This document shows, piece by piece, positions 37,059-47,981 of a DNA stretch of 64,000 nucleotides (positions are counted from its first letter, which is position 1; each line of letters begins with the position of its first letter). The stretch comes from Paludibacteraceae bacterium. Its GTDB lineage: Bacteria > Bacteroidota > Bacteroidia > Bacteroidales > Paludibacteraceae. The stretch lies in assembly GCA_045617845.1 (NCBI GenBank), contig JAZLJL010000084.1, positions 1,922-65,921 on the forward strand. Direction: 5' to 3'. Position numbers and translations under genes: made by a program. The notes beneath the pieces are model-generated. The model searched no databases and was not told where the DNA came from. It saw nothing but the letters and a program-made list of their open reading frames with translations.

Positions 37059-37066
37059 CAAAGGTA
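37059..37066 (-). promoter_or_regulatory. Bacteroidota -7 promoter box upstream of tRNA-Phe
   Basis: Plus-strand caaaggta, 21 nt upstream of the tRNA 5' end. Confidence 0.4.
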
Positions 37067-37140
37067 GGTACTTTCCTCGAACTGGCAAACTTTTTAGGAC
37101 TTTTTTTTAATAATATTTTTCATTCGACTGATTATCAACT

Positions 37141-37148
37141 ATATTTGC
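37141..37148 (+). promoter_or_regulatory. Bacteroidota -7 promoter box (TAnnTTTG)
   Basis: tatatttg, 28 nt upstream of the ATG at 37176. Confidence 0.45.
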
Positions 37149-37175
37149 GTAGTATTTTGAGACAAAAAAACAAAA

Positions 37176-37904
37176 ATGGCCAAAGAAGTGGAAGAAATAG
37201 ATGTTGACGGCATAGGGAAAGTGGCAATAAACCATAGCATCAGGGCAAAACGTATATCCATCAAAGTAAGTTCAAAGCAAGTAACCTTGGTCGTGCCTAT
37301 CGGATGTAGGGTCAGCGCCGCACTCTCCTTCCTAGAAAAGAAAAAAGGGTGGATCATAACATGTCTTAGAAAAATCGAAGAGAAAAGAATAACAGACCAA
37401 CCATCCATAATCGACGAAAACACGGAATATAAGACACTCACCTTCACGGTGCGAATAGAGCGTTTTAACGGGCTAAATTTCCACTCAAAGCTCAAGGACG
37501 GATGGTTGACTATCCTATGCCCGGAAAACGCCGAAATCGAGGCGGAAAACGTCCAACAGCTCATCCGCAAGATAATTGAACGAGCCATGACAGCGGAAGC
37601 TAAGAGAGTGCTGCCGGAAAGGCTGGACTATTTGGCTGGAAGATGTGGTTTGAAATACGCAGGCGTCCGTATCCGCAAGACGCGAACAAGATGGGGGAGC
37701 TGTACACAAGGAAGCCACATCAGTCTCAATATGTTCCTGATGCGGCTTCCGCAACAATTAGTAGATTATGTTCTAATTCACGAGCTTTGTCACACCGTGG
37801 AGCTAAACCATAGCGAGCGGTTTTGGACGCTCGTGAACTCTTTCACAGACAACAAATCGAAAGAACTCCGGAAAGAACTCCGGAACTATCAGACCTGCCT
37901 CTGA
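37176..37904 (+). CDS. YgjP-like (DUF45/M48-related) zinc metallopeptidase
   Basis: HELCHTVELNHSERFW (HExxH...H) near the C-terminus, and RWGSC upstream; 242 aa. Confidence 0.85.
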   Translation: MAKEVEEIDVDGIGKVAINHSIRAKRISIKVSSKQVTLVVPIGCRVSAALSFLEKKKGWIITCLRKIEEKRITDQPSIIDENTEYKTLTFTVRIERFNGLNFHSKLKDGWLTILCPENAEIEAENVQQLIRKIIERAMTAEAKRVLPERLDYLAGRCGLKYAGVRIRKTRTRWGSCTQGSHISLNMFLMRLPQQLVDYVLIHELCHTVELNHSERFWTLVNSFTDNKSKELRKELRNYQTCL

Positions 37905-37987
37905 TGATCTAACTCATAAAATATTATGGGGCGTATGTCCCCTCTAATTTAAGGACCGCACTACAGAGAGGCAATCCAACGAATGGT

Positions 37988-38482
37988 TTAATCCTGATGT
38001 CTGGATGATCCTACATGCTTCAGCTCAAAATAGTTTTCGCTGCGGCTTGATACAGTTCCATCCTTGTAGGCCCAGTAATCGGCTAAATCCATGAAATAAT
38101 AACCATAAATATAGTTATTCGTCACTTTAGAGATGTCGATGCAGGCGATGTCGGCGCCCCAACGTCCGCCATAGTTCAACGCCATGACGCCATACGAACC
38201 CTCGCAGTCCTCCAACCAATACCAACCGAATTCGTAAGTCTCTTGGTAAACGCCTTTATAATATACCTCCTCGTAACCATACTTATAATTATCATCATAA
38301 AAGAAGAATCTGCTGAAATAATTCTCTTGTCCGTAATATTCTTTCACAGGCAAAGCCCCTTCCCAGCAAACCCCAGTTATAATCATATCCTCCATCTCGT
38401 CCTCATCCTGGCAAGATGGGAAAAGACTTATTGAAAGCACCGTTAGCAAGGCCAAAATGAATCTCCTATATAAAACCTTCAT
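37988..38482 (-). CDS. Hypothetical lipoprotein (Tyr/Trp/Gly-rich)
   Basis: The ATG at 38482 gives MKVLYRRFILALLTVLSISLFPSC (lipobox). No motif recognised. Confidence 0.5.
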   Translation of the reverse strand: MKVLYRRFILALLTVLSISLFPSCQDEDEMEDMIITGVCWEGALPVKEYYGQENYFSRFFFYDDNYKYGYEEVYYKGVYQETYEFGWYWLEDCEGSYGVMALNYGGRWGADIACIDISKVTNNYIYGYYFMDLADYWAYKDGTVSSRSENYFELKHVGSSRHQD

Positions 38483-38622
38483 ATCGTATATTTTTATAAT
38501 TAGCAATGCAATGACAAGTCACCCCATCGTCTCCGATTGGGACAACCTTATACAAAGATAAAAATTTAATAGAGAATCACAACAAAATATTTCTTTTTTT
38601 TCAAATCATTTAGAAATAATAA

Positions 38623-39417
38623 TTAAGGCAACAATTCAGGACGAAACTCAAAATGCATAGTATCAAAATGATACCAACGGGCGCCGGAAACAAACCCATG
38701 GCGTTCAAAAACACGAATAATCTCCCAAGGGATACGGTTTTTATACTTGATGGAATCCAATTCTTTCTTTCCCGGATTCGCCCAAAGCCAATAATCGGAA
38801 AAATCGACGCAAATGTCTATCGTCATGCCATAGCTATGCGCACTAAGACGATCGGCGCCACGCACCTTACGCCAATAGAAAGAGGAAGAATTGCGAAAAT
38901 ACTTAGCATAACTGGATGGAAGGCGGGACAAATCAGCCGCGACGGCGCGGAGGCTATCCGCGGCACCATTCAATGACGTGAAAGGTATCTTTTGCCCGAA
39001 CCAGTCCACTTTAACCAAATGGGAACGCACAAGCTGCTGCGTATCGCCATACATTTTTCGGAATAAAGATTCGCAACGAATACGCCCCGCATCCGCCAAA
39101 TAGGCAGGCGTCTTCGAAGACGTGTCGTACGGGACGGAAAACATGTCCTCCACATCGGCATGATCCAGTTTCGCCAAGAAGTCTTTCTCCAGACCATCGT
39201 CATAGCGAAGAGACGTACCGTCGGAAAAGAGCAACCGGTTTTCAGAGAATCCTTTGATGAAATCCGGGTAAACACGCATTAGTTTACGTGCGCCAGAAGG
39301 GATTGTCATAGAATCAAGCTGAAGAGCCCCTATACCTTCCTGGGCAAAGCAGGGAGAAAAAAAGGCGAAAACCAATACGCACAACAAAGGGAAACGGGAC
39401 ATAAAAGTTTTCTCCAT
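38623..39417 (-). CDS. M15-family (VanY/D-Ala-D-Ala carboxypeptidase-like) metallopeptidase
   Basis: Signal peptide, then SAHSYGMTIDI (H-x6-D) and WYHFD motifs. Confidence 0.7.
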   Translation of the reverse strand: MEKTFMSRFPLLCVLVFAFFSPCFAQEGIGALQLDSMTIPSGARKLMRVYPDFIKGFSENRLLFSDGTSLRYDDGLEKDFLAKLDHADVEDMFSVPYDTSSKTPAYLADAGRIRCESLFRKMYGDTQQLVRSHLVKVDWFGQKIPFTSLNGAADSLRAVAADLSRLPSSYAKYFRNSSSFYWRKVRGADRLSAHSYGMTIDICVDFSDYWLWANPGKKELDSIKYKNRIPWEIIRVFERHGFVSGARWYHFDTMHFEFRPELLP

Positions 39418-39423
39418 AGCATT

Positions 39424-40260
39424 CTACTCCTTCCACCTCATAAAATTATTCTCCGTGAAATTCCACTCTGGCGTACGTATCACTTCGTCGTTATCAGATA
39501 AATCGACCGTGAACCAAGGAGAACCTGCTTCCTCATAGTTACGTAGGATCTCAATCTCTTGGGCAGGCATATAACTTTGGGAGAACATCAGCCTCAACCG
39601 CTTACCATCAGCACTGCGCAAGACATCCATCACCGTAATCACATGTCCGGGAGAACCACCCGCCACGAGCAAATCACCCGGACGCACATCAGAAGCAGGG
39701 ACTTTAACCATCTCCTTAGACAAAGAGAGACTACCCGCATAGTTGAAGACAGTATTTAAATATTTTCTAAAATTAGCATAGCTATAATCCTCCTTGGCAT
39801 CCTTCTGCCAATAAGCGCTCCAATTTTTGCCGAAATGGACACGATAGCCCGAAGCCCACTTTGAGTAGTCGCAACGGAAGCCAGACGTGAAATTGAAATG
39901 GATCTTCGCATATTGCTTCGTTTGGTAGAGATATTCCGCCCGCAATCTGATCGCCGCATCGGCGCATTGCTGCAAATCCTTTCCAATGAAATCGAACTTT
40001 AGCACCCCCACTTGGCAATGGTAAGATTTCTCCCGGCCATCGAAAAGATGAGTGGGGTAACCATAATCATACAAACCCAAGTTAAGCAACCATGCGGCAT
40101 AACTACCCTTAGCAGGCTGCATACGTTGGAAGCGTGTGTCCAAATTCTGGTAACGTGACACCACCGTATTGGAATCCTTACAAATAGAAAAAGAAGATCC
40201 AGTTTGTCCCCAAGACAAAGGGCAAAAAAGGAGAGCCGCCCATAATAGCTTTATACGCAT
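39424..40260 (-). CDS. DUF4846-like exported protein
   Basis: The ATG at 40260 gives the signal peptide MRIKLLWAALLFCPLSWGQ. Recognition of the family (block GDLLVAGGSPGHVITVMD) is weak. Starts 6 nt upstream of the M15 gene, so likely co-transcribed. Confidence 0.45.
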   Translation of the reverse strand: MRIKLLWAALLFCPLSWGQTGSSFSICKDSNTVVSRYQNLDTRFQRMQPAKGSYAAWLLNLGLYDYGYPTHLFDGREKSYHCQVGVLKFDFIGKDLQQCADAAIRLRAEYLYQTKQYAKIHFNFTSGFRCDYSKWASGYRVHFGKNWSAYWQKDAKEDYSYANFRKYLNTVFNYAGSLSLSKEMVKVPASDVRPGDLLVAGGSPGHVITVMDVLRSADGKRLRLMFSQSYMPAQEIEILRNYEEAGSPWFTVDLSDNDEVIRTPEWNFTENNFMRWKE

Positions 40261-40441
40261 AATTCCCATAAAATTATTGTTTGAATGGCATATGAAAACA
40301 AAATAAGGGAAAAAAACAGAAACAAAAAAGGGAAATATAGTAGACAAGAATACAAAGTGTCTATTATTAGTAATAATTAACAAGTCGGCCCTCGGATGGA
40401 AAATCCGAAAGCCGACCCGTCATTCGAAGAAACGAACCTAG

Positions 40442-40963
40442 TTATTTCACCTGGTCGATCTCGCCGCTGAAATCCATCAAAAACGTTAAACCATCACCCT
40501 CAGCGTTGATAAGGACAGAATAGGTTCCATCATCATTCTTAGTAATCTTGGCAGTTGCGTTCTTGAGTTCACGTTGCTCGGAAGTACCCCACTCCTTGAT
40601 GACATTCAAAGTGTTAGGACCCATCATCGCGACAGAGTAACTATCCATTTCAGACTTTGAGAAAAGAATCTGAATATATTTACCTCCGGCATTAACCGAA
40701 GAATTGAGGTCATACTCTTTATTCAACTCGCCCTCATTCATCACCAAATTAACCGTCAATTCATCGTTAATCGTCGTAGCTTCGAAATTCAAGCCAGATT
40801 TCGTGGAGAGAGATGTGGCGGCAGTCTTGTAATTGACTCCATTAACCACAATTGAACGACTAGAAGGAAGAACAGCAGCTTCTTCTTCTTTGCCACATTC
40901 ACATGAACTGAAAACAGCCATACACATTACAGCGACTGTCCAAAAAGCGAAAGCACGTTTCAT
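40442..40963 (-). CDS. Hypothetical lipoprotein
   Basis: The ATG at 40963 gives MKRAFAFWTVAVMCMAVFSSC (lipobox). Confidence 0.5.
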   Translation of the reverse strand: MKRAFAFWTVAVMCMAVFSSCECGKEEEAAVLPSSRSIVVNGVNYKTAATSLSTKSGLNFEATTINDELTVNLVMNEGELNKEYDLNSSVNAGGKYIQILFSKSEMDSYSVAMMGPNTLNVIKEWGTSEQRELKNATAKITKNDDGTYSVLINAEGDGLTFLMDFSGEIDQVK

Positions 40964-41326
40964 AAACTTTTGTAATTTAGTAACAATAAAACCCACATTC
41001 ATAATTAGTTAAAAGCGTGGCAAAGATAATATACTTCTTTTGTATATTCATAACAAAAAATGTAAAATAATGTATTTTCCCATAAAATGTGGATTTTTAG
41101 GCATCTGAATATCTGTATATTATCAATTACCCAATATTCATTTTAAAGGAGACAAGCAGGGAAAAACATCCTTCGTATAAGAAAGCGCCTATTTTTCATA
41201 TGAAACCATACGTGATTATATTGCGGAAGGACATAAACAGTTATGTTGAATCATGAATACGGGAAGTAACCAATGATAAATCATAAAATCTATTTCATTT
41301 CATTTGCCCAAAATTCATTGTTTTGT

Positions 41327-41334
41327 TAATTTTG
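41327..41334 (+). promoter_or_regulatory. Bacteroidota -7 promoter box (TAnnTTTG)
   Basis: taattttg, 29 nt upstream of the ATG at 41363. Confidence 0.45.
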
Positions 41335-41362
41335 CTTTTGTTATAATTCACGATTGACCCAT

Positions 41363-42838
41363 ATGTTACAACAGAAACTGCAGCAAAAACTGCAAATGAA
41401 GCTTTCCCCGCAGCAGATCCAGACGATTAAGCTGCTGGAGATCCCTACGCTCGAACTAGAAGAACGTATCAGGCAAGAAGTGGAGGATAACCCCGCTCTC
41501 GAAATCGTGGACGACCCTATAACTTCCAATAATACCGACACAAGGGAAAAGAACGAGGAAGGTGAGGAAGCGGACGATAACTTCGACGAACATGACTTCG
41601 ATAAAGACAGTTACCTAAACGACTATAAAAGTGAGGATGACATTCCGGAATACGCTTTGGAAGAGCAATCCAGACAAGAAGCCCAAAGGGAAGGCGTCTC
41701 TTTCCTCAACGGAGAAACGCTGCAAGAGCACTTGATCAACCAATTGAGATTCCACACCACTTCGAACGAACTGAAAGAGGCGACTGAATATGTGATCGGG
41801 AACATCGATGAGGACGGATACCTAAGGAGGTCGGCCGAATCCATGGTAGACGACTACTCCTTCCAAACCGGTAAAATCATTAAAGAATCCCTAGTGGAGG
41901 AAGCCATGGCGCTCATCAAGACATTCGACCCTGCCGGCGTCGGCGCCAGCTCGCTCGAAGAGTGCCTCTACCTTCAATTGGAAAGGAAGACACCGACACC
42001 AAAAATCGAAACGGCGAAGCTAATCATCAAAAAATCATTCATAGACCTATCCCAAAAACGATATGACCGAATCATCAAAGATTTGGATGTCAGCGAAAAA
42101 GAGATTAAGGACGCCATGTCCGAAATCATCAAACTGAACCCGAAACCAGGAGGTTCATGGGATAGCTCCATCAGTGGCAACAATATCCAAATAACCCCGG
42201 ACTTCATCGTAGAAAACGAGAACGGGGAACTGGTGTTCTCGTTGAACCAACGCTCCATCCCCGAACTTAACATCAACAGGAACTTCGCCGAAATGCTCGA
42301 CGAATACACCAACAACAAAAACAACCAAAGTAAAGAGATGAAGGAAGCGGCTCTCTTCGTCAAACAGAAACTAGACTCCGCCAAATGGTTCATCAGTGCG
42401 ATCAAACAACGACACGAAACGTTGCAAAGCGTCATCTGCGCACTGGCTGAGGCACAAAAAGAATTCTTCATCACAGGGGACGAAACAAAACTCAAACCGC
42501 TTATACTCAAAGATATTGCCGACAAAACAGGGTATGATATCTCCACTATTTCCAGAGTAAGCAACAGCAAGTATGTCCAAACAGAATTTGGCATCTTCCC
42601 GATTAAATATCTATTCACAGACGCCCTGCAAACAAACGATGGGGACGTCATCTCCACAAAAGGAATCAAGACCATCCTCGAAGAGTGCATCAACAACGAG
42701 GATAAGAAAAACCCGCTCACGGACGACCGCCTCATGGAGATACTTGCGTCAAAAGGATATACGATCGCAAGACGTACTGTGGCAAAATATAGGGAACAAT
42801 TGAACTTCCCCGTCGCAAGACTACGTAAAGAATTATGA
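41363..42838 (+). CDS. rpoN: RNA polymerase sigma-54 factor
   Basis: MLQQKLQQKLQMKLSPQQIQTIKLLEIPTLELEERIRQEVEDNPALE region I, an acidic linker, and a C-terminal RpoN box (ARRTVAKYREQL). The listed start at 41354 is a TTG. Confidence 0.92.
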   Translation: MLQQKLQQKLQMKLSPQQIQTIKLLEIPTLELEERIRQEVEDNPALEIVDDPITSNNTDTREKNEEGEEADDNFDEHDFDKDSYLNDYKSEDDIPEYALEEQSRQEAQREGVSFLNGETLQEHLINQLRFHTTSNELKEATEYVIGNIDEDGYLRRSAESMVDDYSFQTGKIIKESLVEEAMALIKTFDPAGVGASSLEECLYLQLERKTPTPKIETAKLIIKKSFIDLSQKRYDRIIKDLDVSEKEIKDAMSEIIKLNPKPGGSWDSSISGNNIQITPDFIVENENGELVFSLNQRSIPELNINRNFAEMLDEYTNNKNNQSKEMKEAALFVKQKLDSAKWFISAIKQRHETLQSVICALAEAQKEFFITGDETKLKPLILKDIADKTGYDISTISRVSNSKYVQTEFGIFPIKYLFTDALQTNDGDVISTKGIKTILEECINNEDKKNPLTDDRLMEILASKGYTIARRTVAKYREQLNFPVARLRKEL

Positions 42839-42862
42839 CAAACACTTAAAACGAAGGATATT

Positions 42863-43681
42863 ATGGAGATGGAAAATAGACAAGAGTCCTATGAGGAGAA
42901 GATAAGCCACAACGAGGACCAATTAGACGGGAAGGCGCACAATAACGAGCAAAATGGCAACGATCCTTCCCCAAAACACACATTGGACGACATATCGGAA
43001 AAGACAAAAGCGATCCAACAAAAAAAGAAAAGGAAAAAAAGACAAAAGAAAATTTTCAAGAACATTGCGAAGGCTATTTCATTCATTTTCTTTCCTCTCC
43101 TAATTCCGGTCTATGGGACACTTATGTTATTCAACATGAAACTCTTTTCGTATTATCCCACCCAATATGTAGCCTCTGCAAGGAATACCATTTTCATCTT
43201 TGGCATCATCTTCCCTTGCGTCATGTTCGTCATACTGAAACTTTTCAAGGCGATTTCCGATATACGGGTACCAAGAAAAGAGGAGCGTCTCATCCCGTTT
43301 TTAGTCATAGGTCTCTGTTACCTCTACTGCGCATACATGCTCTACCATTACGCCATGCCATTATGGGTAATCAATATGATTCTCAGCGTATCGATCGTCA
43401 TCTTTTTGGAATCGGTCATTTCTCAATTCTGGAGAATTAGCGGACATGCGACCAGCATGGGAATGCTTATCGGCGCCATCATGGTAACATCGTATTGCAC
43501 ATACACGAACCTCTGCTTCCTGCTCTGCCTCTTCTTCGTAATAGCGGGCATTGTGGCTAGCGCGAGATTATATCTTAAAAGGCATACGCTAGCTCAATTA
43601 TTAGTCGGGTTCTTTTTCGGCTTGTGTAGCGTTATTTTAGTGTCCATCTTAAATCCAGGTCGGATATTTAGGTTATTTTGA
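42863..43681 (+). CDS. PAP2-like polytopic membrane protein with Lys-rich N-terminal tail
   Basis: SGHATSMG and ARLYLKRHTLAQLLVG resemble PAP2 motifs C2/C3, with the final Asp replaced. Confidence 0.45.
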   Translation: MEMENRQESYEEKISHNEDQLDGKAHNNEQNGNDPSPKHTLDDISEKTKAIQQKKKRKKRQKKIFKNIAKAISFIFFPLLIPVYGTLMLFNMKLFSYYPTQYVASARNTIFIFGIIFPCVMFVILKLFKAISDIRVPRKEERLIPFLVIGLCYLYCAYMLYHYAMPLWVINMILSVSIVIFLESVISQFWRISGHATSMGMLIGAIMVTSYCTYTNLCFLLCLFFVIAGIVASARLYLKRHTLAQLLVGFFFGLCSVILVSILNPGRIFRLF

Positions 43682-46636
43682 TTCGATCTTTTTCCCTTTG
43701 CATAATTCGACAAACGAGCAACAAGAACAATTATCCACATCCTTCGTTTGCGTAAAAGGCTGTTCGGGGCTAAAAATCACACGCATTAACTCCACAAGGT
43801 TCGCCTCAATCTCATTACAGTCTTCCGAGGATAATGAGGTGTAGTTTTTCTTCGTTTGTTTATTAGAGACAAGATTGAAATCCGATTCTTTATTACGCGT
43901 AAATAACAAAGAAGGTGTGACAGACATGTTCTTCTCGATAGTACAGATATAGGCATATAGGAACACCTGTAACGCATATGACTTATACTTTTCACCACTA
44001 TGGGAAAATAAAGAAGAAAGATCATCTATCTTAATGTTCGACGTTGGAGCCGCCCCTGTCTTATAGTCGACCACACGCCATGTCTTGTCTGACTCTTCCT
44101 GCAAGCGGTCGATGATTCCACCTATCTTGAAGCGCATTCCATCCACCTCAAAAGGATGGTCAAATTCATTCGTCTCCAGACCGATGATCCGGAAAGGGAC
44201 ACAATTATTACTATCAATCTTCAACGTGTTTTTCACATAGTTGACCACGACCATCCGCGTCAACAATTGTTTACCCGTGAACGAGATAGGCAACCCTTCC
44301 CCCACCTTAAAGAACTCCTTCCTAAAAGCATCATCCACAACAGACTCCAGTGCCTTATCGTTCAACGACTCAATATCGGCAATATCAATTTCATCATGCC
44401 CAAAACGCTCATAAATATTCTGCATTGACGCATGGAAAATAAGACCCAATAACCTATGATCCACTTCATCGTTAAACTCTTCCTGTTCCCTAAGGTCCAA
44501 CACATAGGAAAAATAGAATTTCATCGGACAGGTAATGTATTGGTTCAACACAGAAGGTGTTAAAGGACGAGCCTGGGAATTGATCGAAAAATCAAACATA
44601 GAACGCAATTTCTTAATCGCGTCCTCGCTCTTCTGCACGACAATGGACTTAGGGGAAGCTATCTCGATATCAGAACGCAAATCAAATAACTGCATTTCCT
44701 TGCCAGACTCAGCCATCAACTGCATCAAGAAACGGCTCATCTGCCCTTTGGATCCGCCACTGGTATCGGTGCAATAAAGGAATGTGACATTTTCGGCGCG
44801 TTGCAAGAGGCGATAGAAATAGTAGGCATACAAGGAATTCTTATGTTCTATAGTGGTCATACCGAACCCACGTCGTAGATTATGCGGAATGAAAGAAGAT
44901 TCTCCTCCGCCCTTCGGCAATACTCCCTCATTGACAGAAAGCATCACCACATTTTTGAAATCCAAATTACGGGTCTCAAGGAAACCCATCACCTGCATTC
45001 CTTTCACAGGCTCACCAGAGAAAGGCACAGACGTGGAAGAGAGCATCCTCTCCAGGAGTTTTCCCATCGTCTGGATAGAAACCTTCAACTCACCTCTTTC
45101 TGTCAAGACAGACAACCTATTTACTAACGTATAAGCCCGATACAAGGCTTCCTTATACAAAGCGTCGTATACGGTCGGTTCTAGGATTTCGGTATTCGTC
45201 GCACCTTCTTCCCCACCATCGCATTTCCTGTAATAAGAAGCGACTTTCTTCAAGACAGCGCACAACCACTTTAATAAAGAGTAAGAAGGATCTTCATTGG
45301 TAGGGTCGATAAATGAAAAGAGCAACTTTAACGAGTCGTTGCGTTTTTTCAAATCAGATACGGCAGGGAAATAGATATGTTTACTCACAATCTCCTCGTA
45401 AAGCGCAACAGAATCCTCAAAAACGATTTGGACATACGAATTACATAAAGTCTCCTTGATGAGACGGAAAGGAACGGTGCGTGGATTCCCTCCATTCAAA
45501 ACCACCGAACACTGCATCTCCACCAACGACTTTACCAAGGCGAAAACAGGAGTTTGAATCAATGGCAAACCCATCGTGACGTTCAAGTCACCGACTGAGG
45601 GAGGGATAGAATGCATGACAGGCAAAAGAAGCGATTCGTCGCACAAAACGACAGCTGTCTCAGCATCGGAATATTTCTTTTCCTTACATACGGTCAGATA
45701 ATCATTCAGATATTTCGCTTGCGCATTGTTCGTCGAAGAACTAATGCAAGTAAAACATTTATTCTCTGAACGGAAAGTGTTAAGGACCGATTTGCTCAAC
45801 TCATTCGGGAACCTCTCCAAGTTTTGCGCCATAAACGTGGCGGCCTCATGCTTCACATTCGGCATCTCCATGTAATACTCATCCGTATCCCAATAGAAAA
45901 GGGCCTTCCCTGCTTTCTGTAAACGAGAAAAGAGCTCTATCTCACACTTATTCAACACATTAAATCCAATGAAAACATACTTATCGGATTTAAATCGACC
46001 AACACCTTCCTTCTTCAAAACTTCATCCACCACAGTGCGGTGCAGCATTCCACCATAAGCGAGTCCTTGGGCACGCAAATTCTCCCTAAATTCGACATAC
46101 ATCGGAAGAAGTGCATTCCACAAAGCCATGAACTTCCTTTTCAACATCGTCTTGTCATCCACGGAAAAATTACGGAAGAAATGACGTATCGATTCTATCT
46201 GTTCTTCGGACAGGAAACTGAAATCATCGTCCATCTTCGCCAAATCCGAAATATTCCGGAATAAAAGTTCGGCGGAGACAAGGTTATTATCCACATCCTC
46301 AAAATCGCTCAAGATAACCTCACCCCAAAAATAAAAAGCATCCATGGTCTCAGGCTCGACACCCAACTCCCGCCAATCGATATTGTTCGAATATGCCTTA
46401 TAGAGGTCACAGACCAATTTGACATCATCCGCCACCTGTAAATCCGTACAGGAGGCGAACAAATCCTGAATCGTGGTATAAGAAGGTGACCAAATAGGCT
46501 TATCAATGCTCCTCACCAAATAATTGTTAAAGAACAGCCTAGCGCGATTATTAGGGAATACGACCGTCAACCGAGAGAGTTCACTGCCGAATTTGGCGGT
46601 CAAATTTTCCGCGACAAGTTGTAGGAACGGGACCAT
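43673..46636 (-). CDS. AddB-like PD-(D/E)xK nuclease family protein with C-terminal Cys cluster
   Basis: 987 aa. C-terminal nuclease block (RIIGLETNEF...GGIIDRL...WRVVDYKTG) and Cys cluster (C-X..-DVDNCSCCSFVELC), as in iron-sulfur AddB-type proteins. Confidence 0.7.
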   Translation of the reverse strand: MVPFLQLVAENLTAKFGSELSRLTVVFPNNRARLFFNNYLVRSIDKPIWSPSYTTIQDLFASCTDLQVADDVKLVCDLYKAYSNNIDWRELGVEPETMDAFYFWGEVILSDFEDVDNNLVSAELLFRNISDLAKMDDDFSFLSEEQIESIRHFFRNFSVDDKTMLKRKFMALWNALLPMYVEFRENLRAQGLAYGGMLHRTVVDEVLKKEGVGRFKSDKYVFIGFNVLNKCEIELFSRLQKAGKALFYWDTDEYYMEMPNVKHEAATFMAQNLERFPNELSKSVLNTFRSENKCFTCISSSTNNAQAKYLNDYLTVCKEKKYSDAETAVVLCDESLLLPVMHSIPPSVGDLNVTMGLPLIQTPVFALVKSLVEMQCSVVLNGGNPRTVPFRLIKETLCNSYVQIVFEDSVALYEEIVSKHIYFPAVSDLKKRNDSLKLLFSFIDPTNEDPSYSLLKWLCAVLKKVASYYRKCDGGEEGATNTEILEPTVYDALYKEALYRAYTLVNRLSVLTERGELKVSIQTMGKLLERMLSSTSVPFSGEPVKGMQVMGFLETRNLDFKNVVMLSVNEGVLPKGGGESSFIPHNLRRGFGMTTIEHKNSLYAYYFYRLLQRAENVTFLYCTDTSGGSKGQMSRFLMQLMAESGKEMQLFDLRSDIEIASPKSIVVQKSEDAIKKLRSMFDFSINSQARPLTPSVLNQYITCPMKFYFSYVLDLREQEEFNDEVDHRLLGLIFHASMQNIYERFGHDEIDIADIESLNDKALESVVDDAFRKEFFKVGEGLPISFTGKQLLTRMVVVNYVKNTLKIDSNNCVPFRIIGLETNEFDHPFEVDGMRFKIGGIIDRLQEESDKTWRVVDYKTGAAPTSNIKIDDLSSLFSHSGEKYKSYALQVFLYAYICTIEKNMSVTPSLLFTRNKESDFNLVSNKQTKKNYTSLSSEDCNEIEANLVELMRVIFSPEQPFTQTKDVDNCSCCSFVELCKGKKIESK

Positions 46637-46656
46637 ATCAGCAAAAAAGAGAAAGA

Positions 46657-47898
46657 TTAACTTCTTACTTGACCATCACCCTTGATAATCCATTTATAGG
46701 TGGTGAGCTCTTCGAGCGCCATAGGTCCGCGCGCATGCATTTTCTGCGTGGAGATACCGATTTCGGCACCCAATCCGAATTGTGCGCCGTCGGTCCATGC
46801 CGTCGTCGTGTTCGTATAGACACAAGCCGCATCCACCATCAAGTCGAACTTAGCAATGGAAGCGTCATCCTTGCTAATGATCGCCTCGCTATGCTTGGAA
46901 CTATATTGAGAGATGTGATCCAAAGCAGCGTCCAAAGAATTGACGGTTTTAATGGACATCTTATAATCCAAGAACTCCTTTCCGAAAGATTCGGCAGTCG
47001 CATGCTCCAAATAAGGATACTTACCCGCCAAAGCCGCATATGCAAGATCATCGGCATAAATAACCACATTCTTCGTAGCCATTCTTTCGCAGACAACCGG
47101 AAGATCGGACAGTCTCTTTTCATGGACGATAAGACAATCCAAAGCGTTGCAAACGCTCACTCGACGAGTCTTAGCATTAAAGACCACATCCTGAGCTGTC
47201 TTCAAATCGCCGCTTTCATCGAGGAAAATATGGCATACGCCAGCTCCCGTCTCAATGACCGGGATATGGGCATTCTGACGCACAAAGTTTATCAATCCGG
47301 CACTTCCCCTAGGAATAATCATATCCACATAGCCAACCGCATTAAGCAGTTCGCCGGTTGACTCCCGTCCAGCAGGCAAGAGAGCCACGATATCCTCAGA
47401 AACACCCATCCGACGTAATACGGAATGAATGATGCCGACAATCGCGGTATTAGAGTTATGGGCATCTGTACCGCCCTTCAAGACACATGCGTTTCCGGAC
47501 TTCAAACAAATGGAGAAGACATCGAAACTGACATTAGGACGTGCCTCGTAGATGACGCCAATCACACCGAAAGGCACACTGATTCGCCGCAACCACAAAC
47601 CATTCGGACGATGCACATCCTTCAATACCTTACCCAATGGAGACGGTAGGCTAGCCACATTCCTGATATCCGATGCGATTCCCGCAATGCGTTCTTTGGT
47701 TAACATCAAACGGTCATACATCGGATTAGACTTTTCCATCTTATCCAAATCCTTCTGATTCTCCGACAAAAGATAGTCGGTTTGCTTCTCTGCCTCATCG
47801 GCTACCGCCAACAACACCTCGTTAATCTTCGCGTCGCCAAGACCATTTAGCGTCTTGGAAGCGTCACGTACAGCGGTGAATAATTCAGTCATTTCCAT
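46657..47898 (-). CDS. proA: Glutamate-5-semialdehyde dehydrogenase
   Basis: [25 protein letters not shown] and [11 protein letters not shown] catalytic-Cys region; 413 aa. Confidence 0.92.
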   Translation of the reverse strand: MEMTELFTAVRDASKTLNGLGDAKINEVLLAVADEAEKQTDYLLSENQKDLDKMEKSNPMYDRLMLTKERIAGIASDIRNVASLPSPLGKVLKDVHRPNGLWLRRISVPFGVIGVIYEARPNVSFDVFSICLKSGNACVLKGGTDAHNSNTAIVGIIHSVLRRMGVSEDIVALLPAGRESTGELLNAVGYVDMIIPRGSAGLINFVRQNAHIPVIETGAGVCHIFLDESGDLKTAQDVVFNAKTRRVSVCNALDCLIVHEKRLSDLPVVCERMATKNVVIYADDLAYAALAGKYPYLEHATAESFGKEFLDYKMSIKTVNSLDAALDHISQYSSKHSEAIISKDDASIAKFDLMVDAACVYTNTTTAWTDGAQFGLGAEIGISTQKMHARGPMALEELTTYKWIIKGDGQVRS

Positions 47899-47932
47899 TG
47901 TGGTATATATATTAATTCATAATGCTTTATTG

Positions 47933-47940
47933 CAAATTTA
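47933..47940 (-). promoter_or_regulatory. Bacteroidota -7 promoter box (TAnnTTTG on minus strand)
   Basis: Plus-strand caaattta, 35 nt upstream of the proA ATG. Confidence 0.4.
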
Positions 47941-47981
47941 CGATTTCAATCAAAATAATAAAAACGGGAATCACAAAAGTT

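Noticed and set aside
41974-42735. 253-aa minus-strand ORF inside rpoN
   Set aside because: It is antisense to an unmistakable sigma-54 gene. It has Ser/Leu/Phe-rich shadow composition.
46669-47361. 230-aa plus-strand ORF inside proA (and 24993..25571 inside the PHP gene, 51272..51850 inside the CotH gene)
   Set aside because: These are antisense shadows of genes with clear family motifs. None has motifs of its own.
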